Virus record (IMG/VR): IMGVR_UViG_3300021425_000005
DNA: 64,000 nt
Strand: one strand, 5' to 3'
From: a virus
Part shown: positions 28,012-36,539 of the stretch, one piece after another
Layout: every line of letters starts with the position of its first letter
How positions within the stretch are numbered: position 1 is the stretch's first letter
Position numbers and translations under genes: made by a program
The notes under the pieces: model-generated
Databases searched by the model: none
Seen by the model: only the letters and a program-made list of their open reading frames with translations
What the model was told of the DNA's origin: nothing

Positions 28012-28379
28012 TATAGTTTCCTAAGTGTATCCAAAATGCTGGCATCTAGAGGAATATCTGAATATTCATTTGACCCAATGGCTTCTAGTGGAACTCGATT
28101 GAGATAAACTAGAAACGACTTTAAAATGGCGAAATGTTCTGGTTCAGTTTTGAAGAACAAAAGTTCTGTCGCATTACTACCAAACACATTATAAAGAATG
28201 ATTAGATGATTAATAATCAACCGTTCACTCAATATACCATTCTTTTCATAACGACGAAAGAGGCGTTTGAGATATTTAAATCTCTTAATATCCTCTTCTA
28301 AATCTTCCATTCCCTCGCACTGAGGATTATTATATTTCTTGATAGCATAAATCAAAAAGTTAGAGTCATTCAATTCCAT
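28011..28379 (-). CDS. conserved T4-like hypothetical protein
   Basis: Y.NPQC, D.KRFKYLKRLF, ERLI.NHLI.LYNVFG. Confidence 0.7.
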   Translation of the reverse strand: MELNDSNFLIYAIKKYNNPQCEGMEDLEEDIKRFKYLKRLFRRYEKNGILSERLIINHLIILYNVFGSNATELLFFKTEPEHFAILKSFLVYLNRVPLEAIGSNEYSDIPLDASILDTLRKL

Positions 28380-28394
28380 AATATATTATTTTCT

Positions 28395-28841
28395 TTAGTT
28401 AGTGACTGCGGCAGTGCCTCCTACGACCCACCACTTTGACCCAATATATATTAGAGTCGCGGTGTCACCTTTTTCATTGAAGACCACAGTATCATGACCG
28501 AGATCTGAATCATCAAGCGTCAAAGTGTTGCCGCCTGTGTTAGATGTCATAACGATGATTTTGATTTGACCTGTGGAACCAGCGGCAATCGTCAGAGTCC
28601 CATTGGCTCCAGGATTACTGAGGATAGTAACAGTTTTAGCAACTGAAACTGCCCCAGCACCTGAGAGCGTCTCGGAATCATCGATTGAAATGGTGTCGCC
28701 AAACTTCACATCTGTATCAACATCTGCGAAAAGTTTAGCGACTGTGATGCTTTTACTAGCACCGCCCTGCACCAGATAAAGATCGTCGGCAGCGGCGGCA
28801 CTTGTAGCAGCAGTTAGTTCACTTAGCTTTTGATCAGCCAT
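28395..28841 (-). CDS. putative virion structural protein
   Basis: MADQKLSELT N-terminus; Ser/Thr/Gly-rich beta composition; late operon. Confidence 0.6.
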   Translation of the reverse strand: MADQKLSELTAATSAAAADDLYLVQGGASKSITVAKLFADVDTDVKFGDTISIDDSETLSGAGAVSVAKTVTILSNPGANGTLTIAAGSTGQIKIIVMTSNTGGNTLTLDDSDLGHDTVVFNEKGDTATLIYIGSKWWVVGGTAAVTN

Positions 28842-28853
28842 CGAAGCCCCCTA

Positions 28854-29624
28854 TTAGGCTTCAGTAAGTGTAGCGGCAGTTGATGTTACACTATCAGCAC
28901 CTGTAGCCGAAATAACTACACGGTATTGATATGTGTCAAGACCTGTGTTGTCGCTAATTGCAAGTGTATCGGTTGTTGCGTCACTGTAAACGCCACCGTT
29001 GGTAATGTTACCAAATCCTGAACCGCTATCCTCTTGCCATTGGTAAGTAAGTGTTCCACCTGTGCCTGTGATTGCGGCAACAACACTAAATGTTACTGCT
29101 TCACCTGTAGTTGATTCGTCATCAGCAGGCTGTGTAGTAATAGTGATCAGATAATCTTCGAATTCTGTATCTTCAGCGTCACCAGTAACGCCGTTTTTCG
29201 ACAGTGCTACGAGTGTTTCTGAAATTTTACGAGAACCGTTAGTGCGGACGTGAACCCAGCCAGCGTGGGCTGCACCGACAGCTTTGTTAGCTGCCATTTC
29301 GTTTTCGTCTACACCAAAAACTGTTTCAGATGAATACCCACCGACAGAGTTAAAGCTCATCATTGTTGGCTTTTCGCTCAATGTGTAAGATGCACCAGCT
29401 GATTGAGCAACAATAGCTGCACCAGCTGTATCAGCGTCTACTACAGTGGCAGCAGTATCTGAATCGATTGATGTGATTCTAAAATCAATGGAGTTGGCAG
29501 TGAGAATATCACCCACTGCGGCTTCCGTAGTAAAGGCAGTTGATGTGCCTGTTACAGCTCCATCAGAGCCAAGGGCGATAGTGCCCGATGCAGTTTTGTT
29601 ATCTGCTTTTCCCCAACCTGACAT
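28854..29624 (-). CDS. virion decoration protein with C-terminal Ig-like domain
   Basis: ITTQP...VTFSV.A...LTYQWQ...YQYRVVIS...S.AATLT. Confidence 0.75.
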   Translation of the reverse strand: MSGWGKADNKTASGTIALGSDGAVTGTSTAFTTEAAVGDILTANSIDFRITSIDSDTAATVVDADTAGAAIVAQSAGASYTLSEKPTMMSFNSVGGYSSETVFGVDENEMAANKAVGAAHAGWVHVRTNGSRKISETLVALSKNGVTGDAEDTEFEDYLITITTQPADDESTTGEAVTFSVVAAITGTGGTLTYQWQEDSGSGFGNITNGGVYSDATTDTLAISDNTGLDTYQYRVVISATGADSVTSTAATLTEA

Positions 29625-29657
29625 ATTATCTCTCCTGTTTTGGGTTTTTGTTAATTC

Positions 29658-31346
29658 TTAGTTATTTATATGGCTTTGAAACGAGTCATGAGAATCGTGA
29701 CCACTGTGCATCTTTTCGCGATCAGCAGGCTTTGACGAATTATATTTCGACAAAAACTTATGCGCATCAGCTTTTGATACTTTGTGTTCTTTACCATCTT
29801 TAAATTTGACTGGCTTACCAATTGATACAGCTTTACGAAGCTGCATTACAATGTGACCACCATGGCGTTCTTCGCCAGCTTTAGTGCCTTTGTATGTTGT
29901 GCTTTTTTCTTTTTTGCTACGTTTGCCTAACACAGGATCGCTTCTCATTGCACGACGAGCGTCGGCATAAGCACTTGCTTCATCAAAAGTATCCTCTTTA
30001 AGACCTTGATGGTGTTCTGGTCCAATTTTAGTGCCGACACCAGTTTTGTTATACTTCCGACCGCCCATACGAGTATTTTGGAAATGTGTATAACCAGCTT
30101 TTTTCATGTGGAGCGCATTATACTTATGGGCGACAGATTGGTCGTTATAGTTCGCACCATCTTTTTTAGCATGCGCCATAGCGTTCTGGGTTGCACCATA
30201 ATCTTCAGAAACTAAATCTTCTTTGATTCCTGGATCAGTTTCCTTTTCTTGGTTTGCTTTCATCTTCGACATACGAGCCAGTTTGCGTTGTGTTTTAGCA
30301 CGCATTTCTTCCCGATCAGAAGCAACATCTTCGCTAACATTACTACTCTTCAGTTTATCTTTATGAATTATTGTGTCAGCACCGTGTTTGTCGAGTAGTT
30401 TATCGAGGTTCTTACCTTTTGGCATAGATTTGACATAGCCATGAACCTTAGATTTGCTAGTAACCATTGAACCATTTTTAGATACTACAGCATAATCGCC
30501 TTCATCGAGCAGTTCGACTTCTTCAGCATATACAGCACCTTTAGCAACCATTTTCTTAGCAGCTGCAGCTGTCGTTCTTTTTACACGCTGTGTTTTAGGG
30601 CTGGCAACTAGAGTATCTTTGGCAGCTGGCTTCTTCTTGAATGTTTTAAGACCTGTGCCCTGTTCACCAGACTTTTGCTGATAATCAATACGGCTCATAG
30701 CACCTTCGTCTACAGCTTCTTCGTTCTTAGCTTTATGAGAGGCATCAACATCGTTGAAGAACTTTTTCTTTTCTTCGTCAGACATTTGAGCCAGCGACTT
30801 ACCTGATTTTTTCAGAGCAGCAGCAAATTTTTCTTTATATGATTCAGACATTACTTCCTCGCCAACTGGTGCTTTACCATTATCACCCTCAGACTTCATA
30901 TAGTCACGAGCAGTGTCGAGGTAATCAACAGCTTTTGTGATTTTAGATTGAACCCACTCAGGCAGATTTTGATCGTCAGAGAGCATACCCATCAGTTCTT
31001 GAGCAGCATCGGCGAGTGTAGTCAGCTGTGATTTAGCCATCTCGCCTTCGTTATCATACTCTTCTTTTGACTCAGTCTGATACTTGGTTTTTTGTGTGTG
31101 CATACGTGCTTTTTGAAAAACAGTATCATCGCCTGTAACAATGTAAAGCATAGACTGAAGCACTTTATTCACTGCTTCACGCTCTTGAGGGTTGAGAACT
31201 TGCCCAGCCTGCATTTTATCTAAACCTCTATGAAGGATAGGAAGAGCAGCTGGTGACATCATGCCTTGACGGACTAACTGATCAAGTTTCTTATAGTTTA
31301 CAGCTGCCTCGCCGAGGACTGAGCGGACTTCTTTTTCGATAGACAT
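29658..31346 (-). CDS. modular basic protein, probable internal head polyprotein
   Basis: Basic modules separated by repeated (L/V/I)xE acidic linkers; late promoter; AGGAG SD. Confidence 0.65.
   Translation of the reverse strand: MSIEKEVRSVLGEAAVNYKKLDQLVRQGMMSPAALPILHRGLDKMQAGQVLNPQEREAVNKVLQSMLYIVTGDDTVFQKARMHTQKTKYQTESKEEYDNEGEMAKSQLTTLADAAQELMGMLSDDQNLPEWVQSKITKAVDYLDTARDYMKSEGDNGKAPVGEEVMSESYKEKFAAALKKSGKSLAQMSDEEKKKFFNDVDASHKAKNEEAVDEGAMSRIDYQQKSGEQGTGLKTFKKKPAAKDTLVASPKTQRVKRTTAAAAKKMVAKGAVYAEEVELLDEGDYAVVSKNGSMVTSKSKVHGYVKSMPKGKNLDKLLDKHGADTIIHKDKLKSSNVSEDVASDREEMRAKTQRKLARMSKMKANQEKETDPGIKEDLVSEDYGATQNAMAHAKKDGANYNDQSVAHKYNALHMKKAGYTHFQNTRMGGRKYNKTGVGTKIGPEHHQGLKEDTFDEASAYADARRAMRSDPVLGKRSKKEKSTTYKGTKAGEERHGGHIVMQLRKAVSIGKPVKFKDGKEHKVSKADAHKFLSKYNSSKPADREKMHSGHDSHDSFQSHINN
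29663..29670 (-). promoter_or_regulatory. T4-type late promoter
   Basis: TATAAATA on the minus strand. Confidence 0.8.
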
Positions 31347-31366
31347 TTTTATCTCCTTGTTCATAT

Positions 31367-31374
31367 TATTTATA
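31367..31374 (-). promoter_or_regulatory. T4-type late promoter
   Basis: TATAAATA on the minus strand. Confidence 0.8.
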
Positions 31375-31380
31375 AAAGGG

Positions 31381-31905
31381 TCAACTTATAAGTAAATGAA
31401 CCCTATCTGTAACACCTGCATTATAGACAAAATGTTGTTCTTGGGTGTTTACCAGATAAAAATGCGGCATCACCTTCATATGATAAGGTATTAGCTTCTC
31501 TTCTTTATGAAATATGTAACTATCGGGGTTAGTTTGAATCACAAAATGTAATCTTTTATTAGCATCGCTATGCATTTTCAACCCAGTTTGAGTTGCTTGT
31601 GTCATGTATCTGACTCGACCAAGAGGAAATCCTGTCAATTCACATATTCTTTCACACACAAATTTCGTATATCTTGGTGTTTGGTCGTTCCAAGTATTGA
31701 ATGCGGTATCAAATAAACCTCGATGAGTTAATCCACCCTCTGAATCCCACCACTTATTTTCAGTGACAGTATGGCGATGTCTGAGACCTATTTGTTTGTA
31801 TGACTCTTGCGGAGACCACCCCGAAAGTTCTTTACATATTCGATAGTCATCGACCATTTGGTCAATGTCAACATCTAATTCACTTAACACTTTTAAAAAA
31901 CTCAT
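31381..31905 (-). CDS. Asp/Asn beta-hydroxylase-like 2OG-Fe(II) oxygenase
   Basis: RVR.M, MHSD, RLH..I.TN, NT...H...N.G..DRVHL. Confidence 0.65.
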   Translation of the reverse strand: MSFLKVLSELDVDIDQMVDDYRICKELSGWSPQESYKQIGLRHRHTVTENKWWDSEGGLTHRGLFDTAFNTWNDQTPRYTKFVCERICELTGFPLGRVRYMTQATQTGLKMHSDANKRLHFVIQTNPDSYIFHKEEKLIPYHMKVMPHFYLVNTQEQHFVYNAGVTDRVHLLIS

Positions 31906-33473
31906 AGCGATAACTTCGCCTCTTTATAATTATCTAAAAATTCTTTAATTGGTTCATACTCTGGTAACGGTTGCCCTACTATATCAGATATCTCACCAAA
32001 AGATTTTTTAGCAAAGGTCTTCCAATATGGTATATACCAATTCGATACACCCTGATGTGGTATGAATTCATTATTGAACCTCTGAGACCATTCTAATAGA
32101 TCAAAGAAGTTCATACCGATCCTATCGTTTTTCCAAAAGAATGGGCGACTGGCTCTAAAATTGACATCTTTCATTCTATTAATAGCTTCGATGTTTTCAG
32201 GTGTCCTCGGTAAGTGAGAAGGAAACCATTCTTCTAGCGACACGTCAGACTCTATATATCCAAGTTCTTCATAATTGTAAGATAGCGGCGGTAATTTCGA
32301 CATGCTATCTGATGTATGTCCCTTTGGTTGAATTAGCAATGGATTAATATAAACCGATTGCCCTCTCCAATGATTGAATAACCAATCTTTAGTCTCATTC
32401 AGAGACTCCCATGTGTCGTAAGGAAGCCCTGATATGAGTGACATCGTTGTCTTATATATAGGTGCGTTTTTGTTGAAATATTCTCGCATCTCTAATAGAC
32501 CTTCGCGTAGTCTATTTTTAGCCATACCTTTATGAACCCATTTAGCGGATTTTTCATTGAAGGATTCAATACCGTAATGGTGAGATGTAAACCCCATGGC
32601 AATCATATGTTCCCACTGTTCAGGTTTAGCAACAGCGATATCACCGCGAGCGAAACCTGTTATGAATGGCTTGAATGGCAACTTCTTAGTTACATCTGCA
32701 TACTTACGCAACTTCTCAGTATAATCGTTTGTAGTCTCATCTCCAGATATGTAATTGGTGACACCGAAATTATCATAGTTATATCTCAACTCGTCTTCCC
32801 AGCATTGAGCAGTTCGAGTATAATCTTTTGTCACACCCAATGCAGGGGCAGCACAAAACTTACACTTAAAAACACAACCCCTAGAAAATTCTGCATTCAA
32901 AAATTCATCAGGTTGTATGAAGTCTCGCTCTTGATATCTTGTAGGTAATTCTTCTTTTGGATATGCCTTGTAAAAGTGAAGAGCATCGATGACTTTTAAT
33001 TCCTCACCATGTAAATTGACATGTTTACTAATAATTGGTTTCTTACCAGAGCCATGTAACCAATTCAGTAGTTCAACGATTGCATACTCACCCCAACCTT
33101 GGATATAATAATCTGCCTTAAATTCTTCGACAGTTGTTACGATTGGACCACCTGCGATAATTGTGATGTCAGGGTATTTTTCTTTGACCCACTCGAGAAA
33201 TGGGTTCATGTGTTGTGCCCATAATGCTTGAAACAAAGAACTCACACCCAGAAATTTTGTCCCCTTATTATACCTCATCGTCCAGAGTAGTTTTAATTCC
33301 TCAACGGTAAAGTGTGGGACAAAGTCTATAACCTCTACGTCCCACCCAATAGCACGTAAATGTGTAGCGATCTTATGTCCACCATAAGATCTTTTTGGAT
33401 CTGCTAGGATCGATTCGGGGGTGTAGCCAGTATGTTCATACAACTGACCACTAAAAATCATACCGTGATCCAT
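31902..33473 (-). CDS. radical SAM protein with B12-binding-like N-terminal domain (paralogue 2)
   Basis: RGCVFKCKFC, DETTND, GIESF, ISGLP. Confidence 0.85.
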   Translation of the reverse strand: MDHGMIFSGQLYEHTGYTPESILADPKRSYGGHKIATHLRAIGWDVEVIDFVPHFTVEELKLLWTMRYNKGTKFLGVSSLFQALWAQHMNPFLEWVKEKYPDITIIAGGPIVTTVEEFKADYYIQGWGEYAIVELLNWLHGSGKKPIISKHVNLHGEELKVIDALHFYKAYPKEELPTRYQERDFIQPDEFLNAEFSRGCVFKCKFCAAPALGVTKDYTRTAQCWEDELRYNYDNFGVTNYISGDETTNDYTEKLRKYADVTKKLPFKPFITGFARGDIAVAKPEQWEHMIAMGFTSHHYGIESFNEKSAKWVHKGMAKNRLREGLLEMREYFNKNAPIYKTTMSLISGLPYDTWESLNETKDWLFNHWRGQSVYINPLLIQPKGHTSDSMSKLPPLSYNYEELGYIESDVSLEEWFPSHLPRTPENIEAINRMKDVNFRASRPFFWKNDRIGMNFFDLLEWSQRFNNEFIPHQGVSNWYIPYWKTFAKKSFGEISDIVGQPLPEYEPIKEFLDNYKEAKLSL

Positions 33474-35077
33474 GACAGCTTCTTCAGTTTGTATTGTTCA
33501 ATAAAGGCATTTCTTTTCTCGTCATTTTCCTTATAACGAGGGTCGTTCGTCAACTCGTAACCTGTCATATTGATGACATCATCTAAATCATATACACCGA
33601 AAGTCGTCCACCTGTGGAAGTTCCAAGACAAACATTTTTGTGAGTGAACAAATCCATTTCTGGTGATATCTGCATAATATTTAGCTTGTATCTTAGTTGC
33701 TTCCCAAAAATTCATGATGTCTGTTTCCCAAGCCATCGGAACAGCATGTTTCTTTTTATATTCTTCGGGGAATCGACCTACATGTTGGAAGTGAGTTTTG
33801 ACTTGTTCTCTGATCAGTTCAGGGATTTCATTGTAATCAATATTCCAATCATCTACATTACCTTCTCTATATAATCCCGAAGATACTGCTGTTCTATCAA
33901 ACTCGGAACTATTTTCAGCATAGACCGAGTCGTGTGATGTAGAAATAAACAATGGGGTGATTGCTATAGACTCATTAGGCATATTTTTCTGTAGCCAATT
34001 GATACCATCATCGAAAGATTCTTCAGTCTCGTTAGGTAATCCAACGATGAGGCTAGATGTTGACCGATACTTGTTATTATATTTGAGAAATGATTCTCTG
34101 CAATCTACTAATCCCTGCTTCAGACGATCTACATTTAATCCTTTACCGATAGATTTAGCAGCATCTTGATGAAATGACTCAATACCATAGAAGTGACCCC
34201 AAAGACCCATACGTTGCATATTCTCCCAGTCGTTCTGTCTTGTAACAACCAGATCTGCACGAGTGTATCCTGTCATATTCAAGTCATACCCCAGATTATC
34301 AACTACATTCGCAATGCCGAGTAGTTTCTCGGAACTGTCGTTGACGGTCTCATCAGCAATAGTATAACTGACTGTCCCCCACTGCTCATAATTTCGTTTT
34401 AGTTCATCATGTATATTGAGCATGTCGCGCTCAAAATTACCCTTCATACCGATCAAATTGTATTGACAGAATTTACATTTAAACTTACAACCTCGAGCGA
34501 ATTCTAAGTTCAACCATTCTGTTGGTTGTATGAAATCTCTTTCTTGATATCTTACCTGCAAATCTTTACACGGATACGCTGGATGATGTGTGTCCGAGCG
34601 TATGAGTTTTTTCATTCCAAGGTCAGTCTCTACTTCTTGGATGACAGGATTACCATTGTTGTTCGTTAGCTTTTTGAGTAATTCTAGCAAACCATACTCA
34701 CCATAACCTGTAATATAATAATCAAGGTCAATCGGCATCATGGTGCTGAGGTTCTTTGAACCACCCAATAGTGCTATGTCAGGATAGTTATCTCGTAGCC
34801 ATTGTATTTTTTTAGAAAGTTTTGCAGCATTCTTTGGAGTATATGAAAACATAAAACTGACACCGATGAATACAGTATCAGATGTCACCCTAGATTCTAT
34901 GAATTCTTCAAACTCATCGTCTTGCCATTCATTGATGAAGTCACAAACCTCGATATCCCAACCTTCTTCACGCAAAAAAGATGCAATACGATACGCACCT
35001 GCAGCCCTCTTCATTGAAGTCCGTTCAGGCTCTAGTAGAGTCAGCTCCTCATATCCACCTAGTAATATTCCGTGCAT
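33458..35077 (-). CDS. radical SAM protein with B12-binding-like N-terminal domain (paralogue 3)
   Basis: RGCKFKCKFC, ADETVND, GIESF, IVGLP. Confidence 0.85.
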   Translation of the reverse strand: MHGILLGGYEELTLLEPERTSMKRAAGAYRIASFLREEGWDIEVCDFINEWQDDEFEEFIESRVTSDTVFIGVSFMFSYTPKNAAKLSKKIQWLRDNYPDIALLGGSKNLSTMMPIDLDYYITGYGEYGLLELLKKLTNNNGNPVIQEVETDLGMKKLIRSDTHHPAYPCKDLQVRYQERDFIQPTEWLNLEFARGCKFKCKFCQYNLIGMKGNFERDMLNIHDELKRNYEQWGTVSYTIADETVNDSSEKLLGIANVVDNLGYDLNMTGYTRADLVVTRQNDWENMQRMGLWGHFYGIESFHQDAAKSIGKGLNVDRLKQGLVDCRESFLKYNNKYRSTSSLIVGLPNETEESFDDGINWLQKNMPNESIAITPLFISTSHDSVYAENSSEFDRTAVSSGLYREGNVDDWNIDYNEIPELIREQVKTHFQHVGRFPEEYKKKHAVPMAWETDIMNFWEATKIQAKYYADITRNGFVHSQKCLSWNFHRWTTFGVYDLDDVINMTGYELTNDPRYKENDEKRNAFIEQYKLKKLSWITV

Positions 35078-35808
35078 TAAATCAAGTCTCTTAGTGTATC
35101 CCTCACTTTTGGATAATATTCATCAAACAGTTGTTTGACTTCTACAGCATTCTCGATATGCTCATATGGGTCATCGGGCAACACCTTAACATTTTTACCT
35201 GCACCATCTTTAGGAATATCATCATAATCCATTTTCATATATTCGAATTGTGGTAATTGACTTTCGTAATCTAGTTCAGTATGGACTGTCTGGAAAATAT
35301 ATCTCCTCATACGACTAATGTCAACAAACAATTTGGTTTCGTTTTTACTGTAACGCCAGTTATCATTTGTCTTTGCGAAGTAATAACTGATCAGCCTCTT
35401 TTCAAAGTCTCTATCTAAGCGAATAAACTTGAAATTGTGTTCTTGTAGGATAGATATTGTTTTTTCTAACCCTAAGAAGATGTATTGTTCACCATAAAAG
35501 AATCGACATGACAGTGGTTGGAAGTTGTCAGCTTGTGATAGTAAACCTATCTTACGATAAACCTCTTCCCAAAAATTTACTGACTGAAACTCACCAGCAC
35601 CATAATCTCTATCTTTAGAAATTATAGTGTCGCCTTCTAAATAGACTTCAGTATCTCTGATTGAAAATGGATGAAACAACTCTCCCAATTTGGCAGAGTC
35701 GCCATAGACTTCGTTGAGGTGTTTGTGTATTTGGTATTCTAAGAGGTGACTACCAGTCCTCGGCATACCGAACACACACCATCGATGGTGTTTCAAATTG
35801 TCAATCAT
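35077..35808 (-). CDS. sulfotransferase-fold protein (Stf0-like)
   Basis: GMPRTGS, LGELF, L.R....R.IS. Confidence 0.6.
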   Translation of the reverse strand: MIDNLKHHRWCVFGMPRTGSHLLEYQIHKHLNEVYGDSAKLGELFHPFSIRDTEVYLEGDTIISKDRDYGAGEFQSVNFWEEVYRKIGLLSQADNFQPLSCRFFYGEQYIFLGLEKTISILQEHNFKFIRLDRDFEKRLISYYFAKTNDNWRYSKNETKLFVDISRMRRYIFQTVHTELDYESQLPQFEYMKMDYDDIPKDGAGKNVKVLPDDPYEHIENAVEVKQLFDEYYPKVRDTLRDLI

Positions 35809-35825
35809 AATATAGTTATTTAGGT

Positions 35826-36440
35826 CTAGTTTTCGACCTTTGCTCCACCACGCCATTGTTTACACGACCAATAACGAGCTTTGGTTTTTGGTCCAGGATT
35901 GTCGCAATTATGGCGAGCACGGAAATTCTTGCGGCGTTCTGGATCGTCTCGCTTAATTTCCATATTTGGATCACCGAAACGAACTACTTTAATTTTCTTC
36001 GTTGATGGATCACGAACATATACTTTAAATTTTTTATTAGGATTCTCAGAGGTGCGGATGATGTTATTCAGCTTCACACCTTTCTTTTCCCCATCTTCCA
36101 TGATGGTTACTTCTTCCTGAATCTCGTCCTCGGCACAATTGCCGCAGCAAGCATCAGTGCCACAATTAGGATGCTCTAGATCCTCTAGAAACTTCTCATC
36201 ATCGTGTTCGGTGTGAGCAAGGTCAGTGTCGTGGTTTAAACCACCCTTTTTCTTCTTGGCGATAAAGGCATTAACACGAGCATGTCCCCATTGTTGAGGC
36301 GTAGTTCCTGGACGGTGACCAGTTTTCCAAGCAGCGACGCCACGATTATAAACTTTGCGTAATGTTCCTACAGAGATGCCTGATTTCTTAGCTTTATCAG
36401 CCATTGCACCTTCGATGATGTGGTCATTAAACGTCTTCAT
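35826..36440 (-). CDS. two-module basic protein with capsid-targeting-like N-terminus
   Basis: MKTFNDHIIE; VYNRG.AAW..GHRPG..QQW..ARVN module; VVRFGD...RR..FRARH.C...YWSC module. Confidence 0.7.
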   Translation of the reverse strand: MKTFNDHIIEGAMADKAKKSGISVGTLRKVYNRGVAAWKTGHRPGTTPQQWGHARVNAFIAKKKKGGLNHDTDLAHTEHDDEKFLEDLEHPNCGTDACCGNCAEDEIQEEVTIMEDGEKKGVKLNNIIRTSENPNKKFKVYVRDPSTKKIKVVRFGDPNMEIKRDDPERRKNFRARHNCDNPGPKTKARYWSCKQWRGGAKVEN

Positions 36441-36539
36441 TTTTCTTACCCTTTGAACCGATCTTGTTATTATCTTTCCAGAGCCGTTCCAATGCTTCAG
36501 ACTTGGGAACTTTCTTTAGTTTTGGCTTTGGTATTTTCT

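Noticed and set aside
29658-36440. RiPP cluster with repeated core peptides next to the radical SAM genes
   Set aside because: The neighbouring modular proteins lack repeated cores or a recognisable leader. Their acidic linkers fit prohead-protease sites better.
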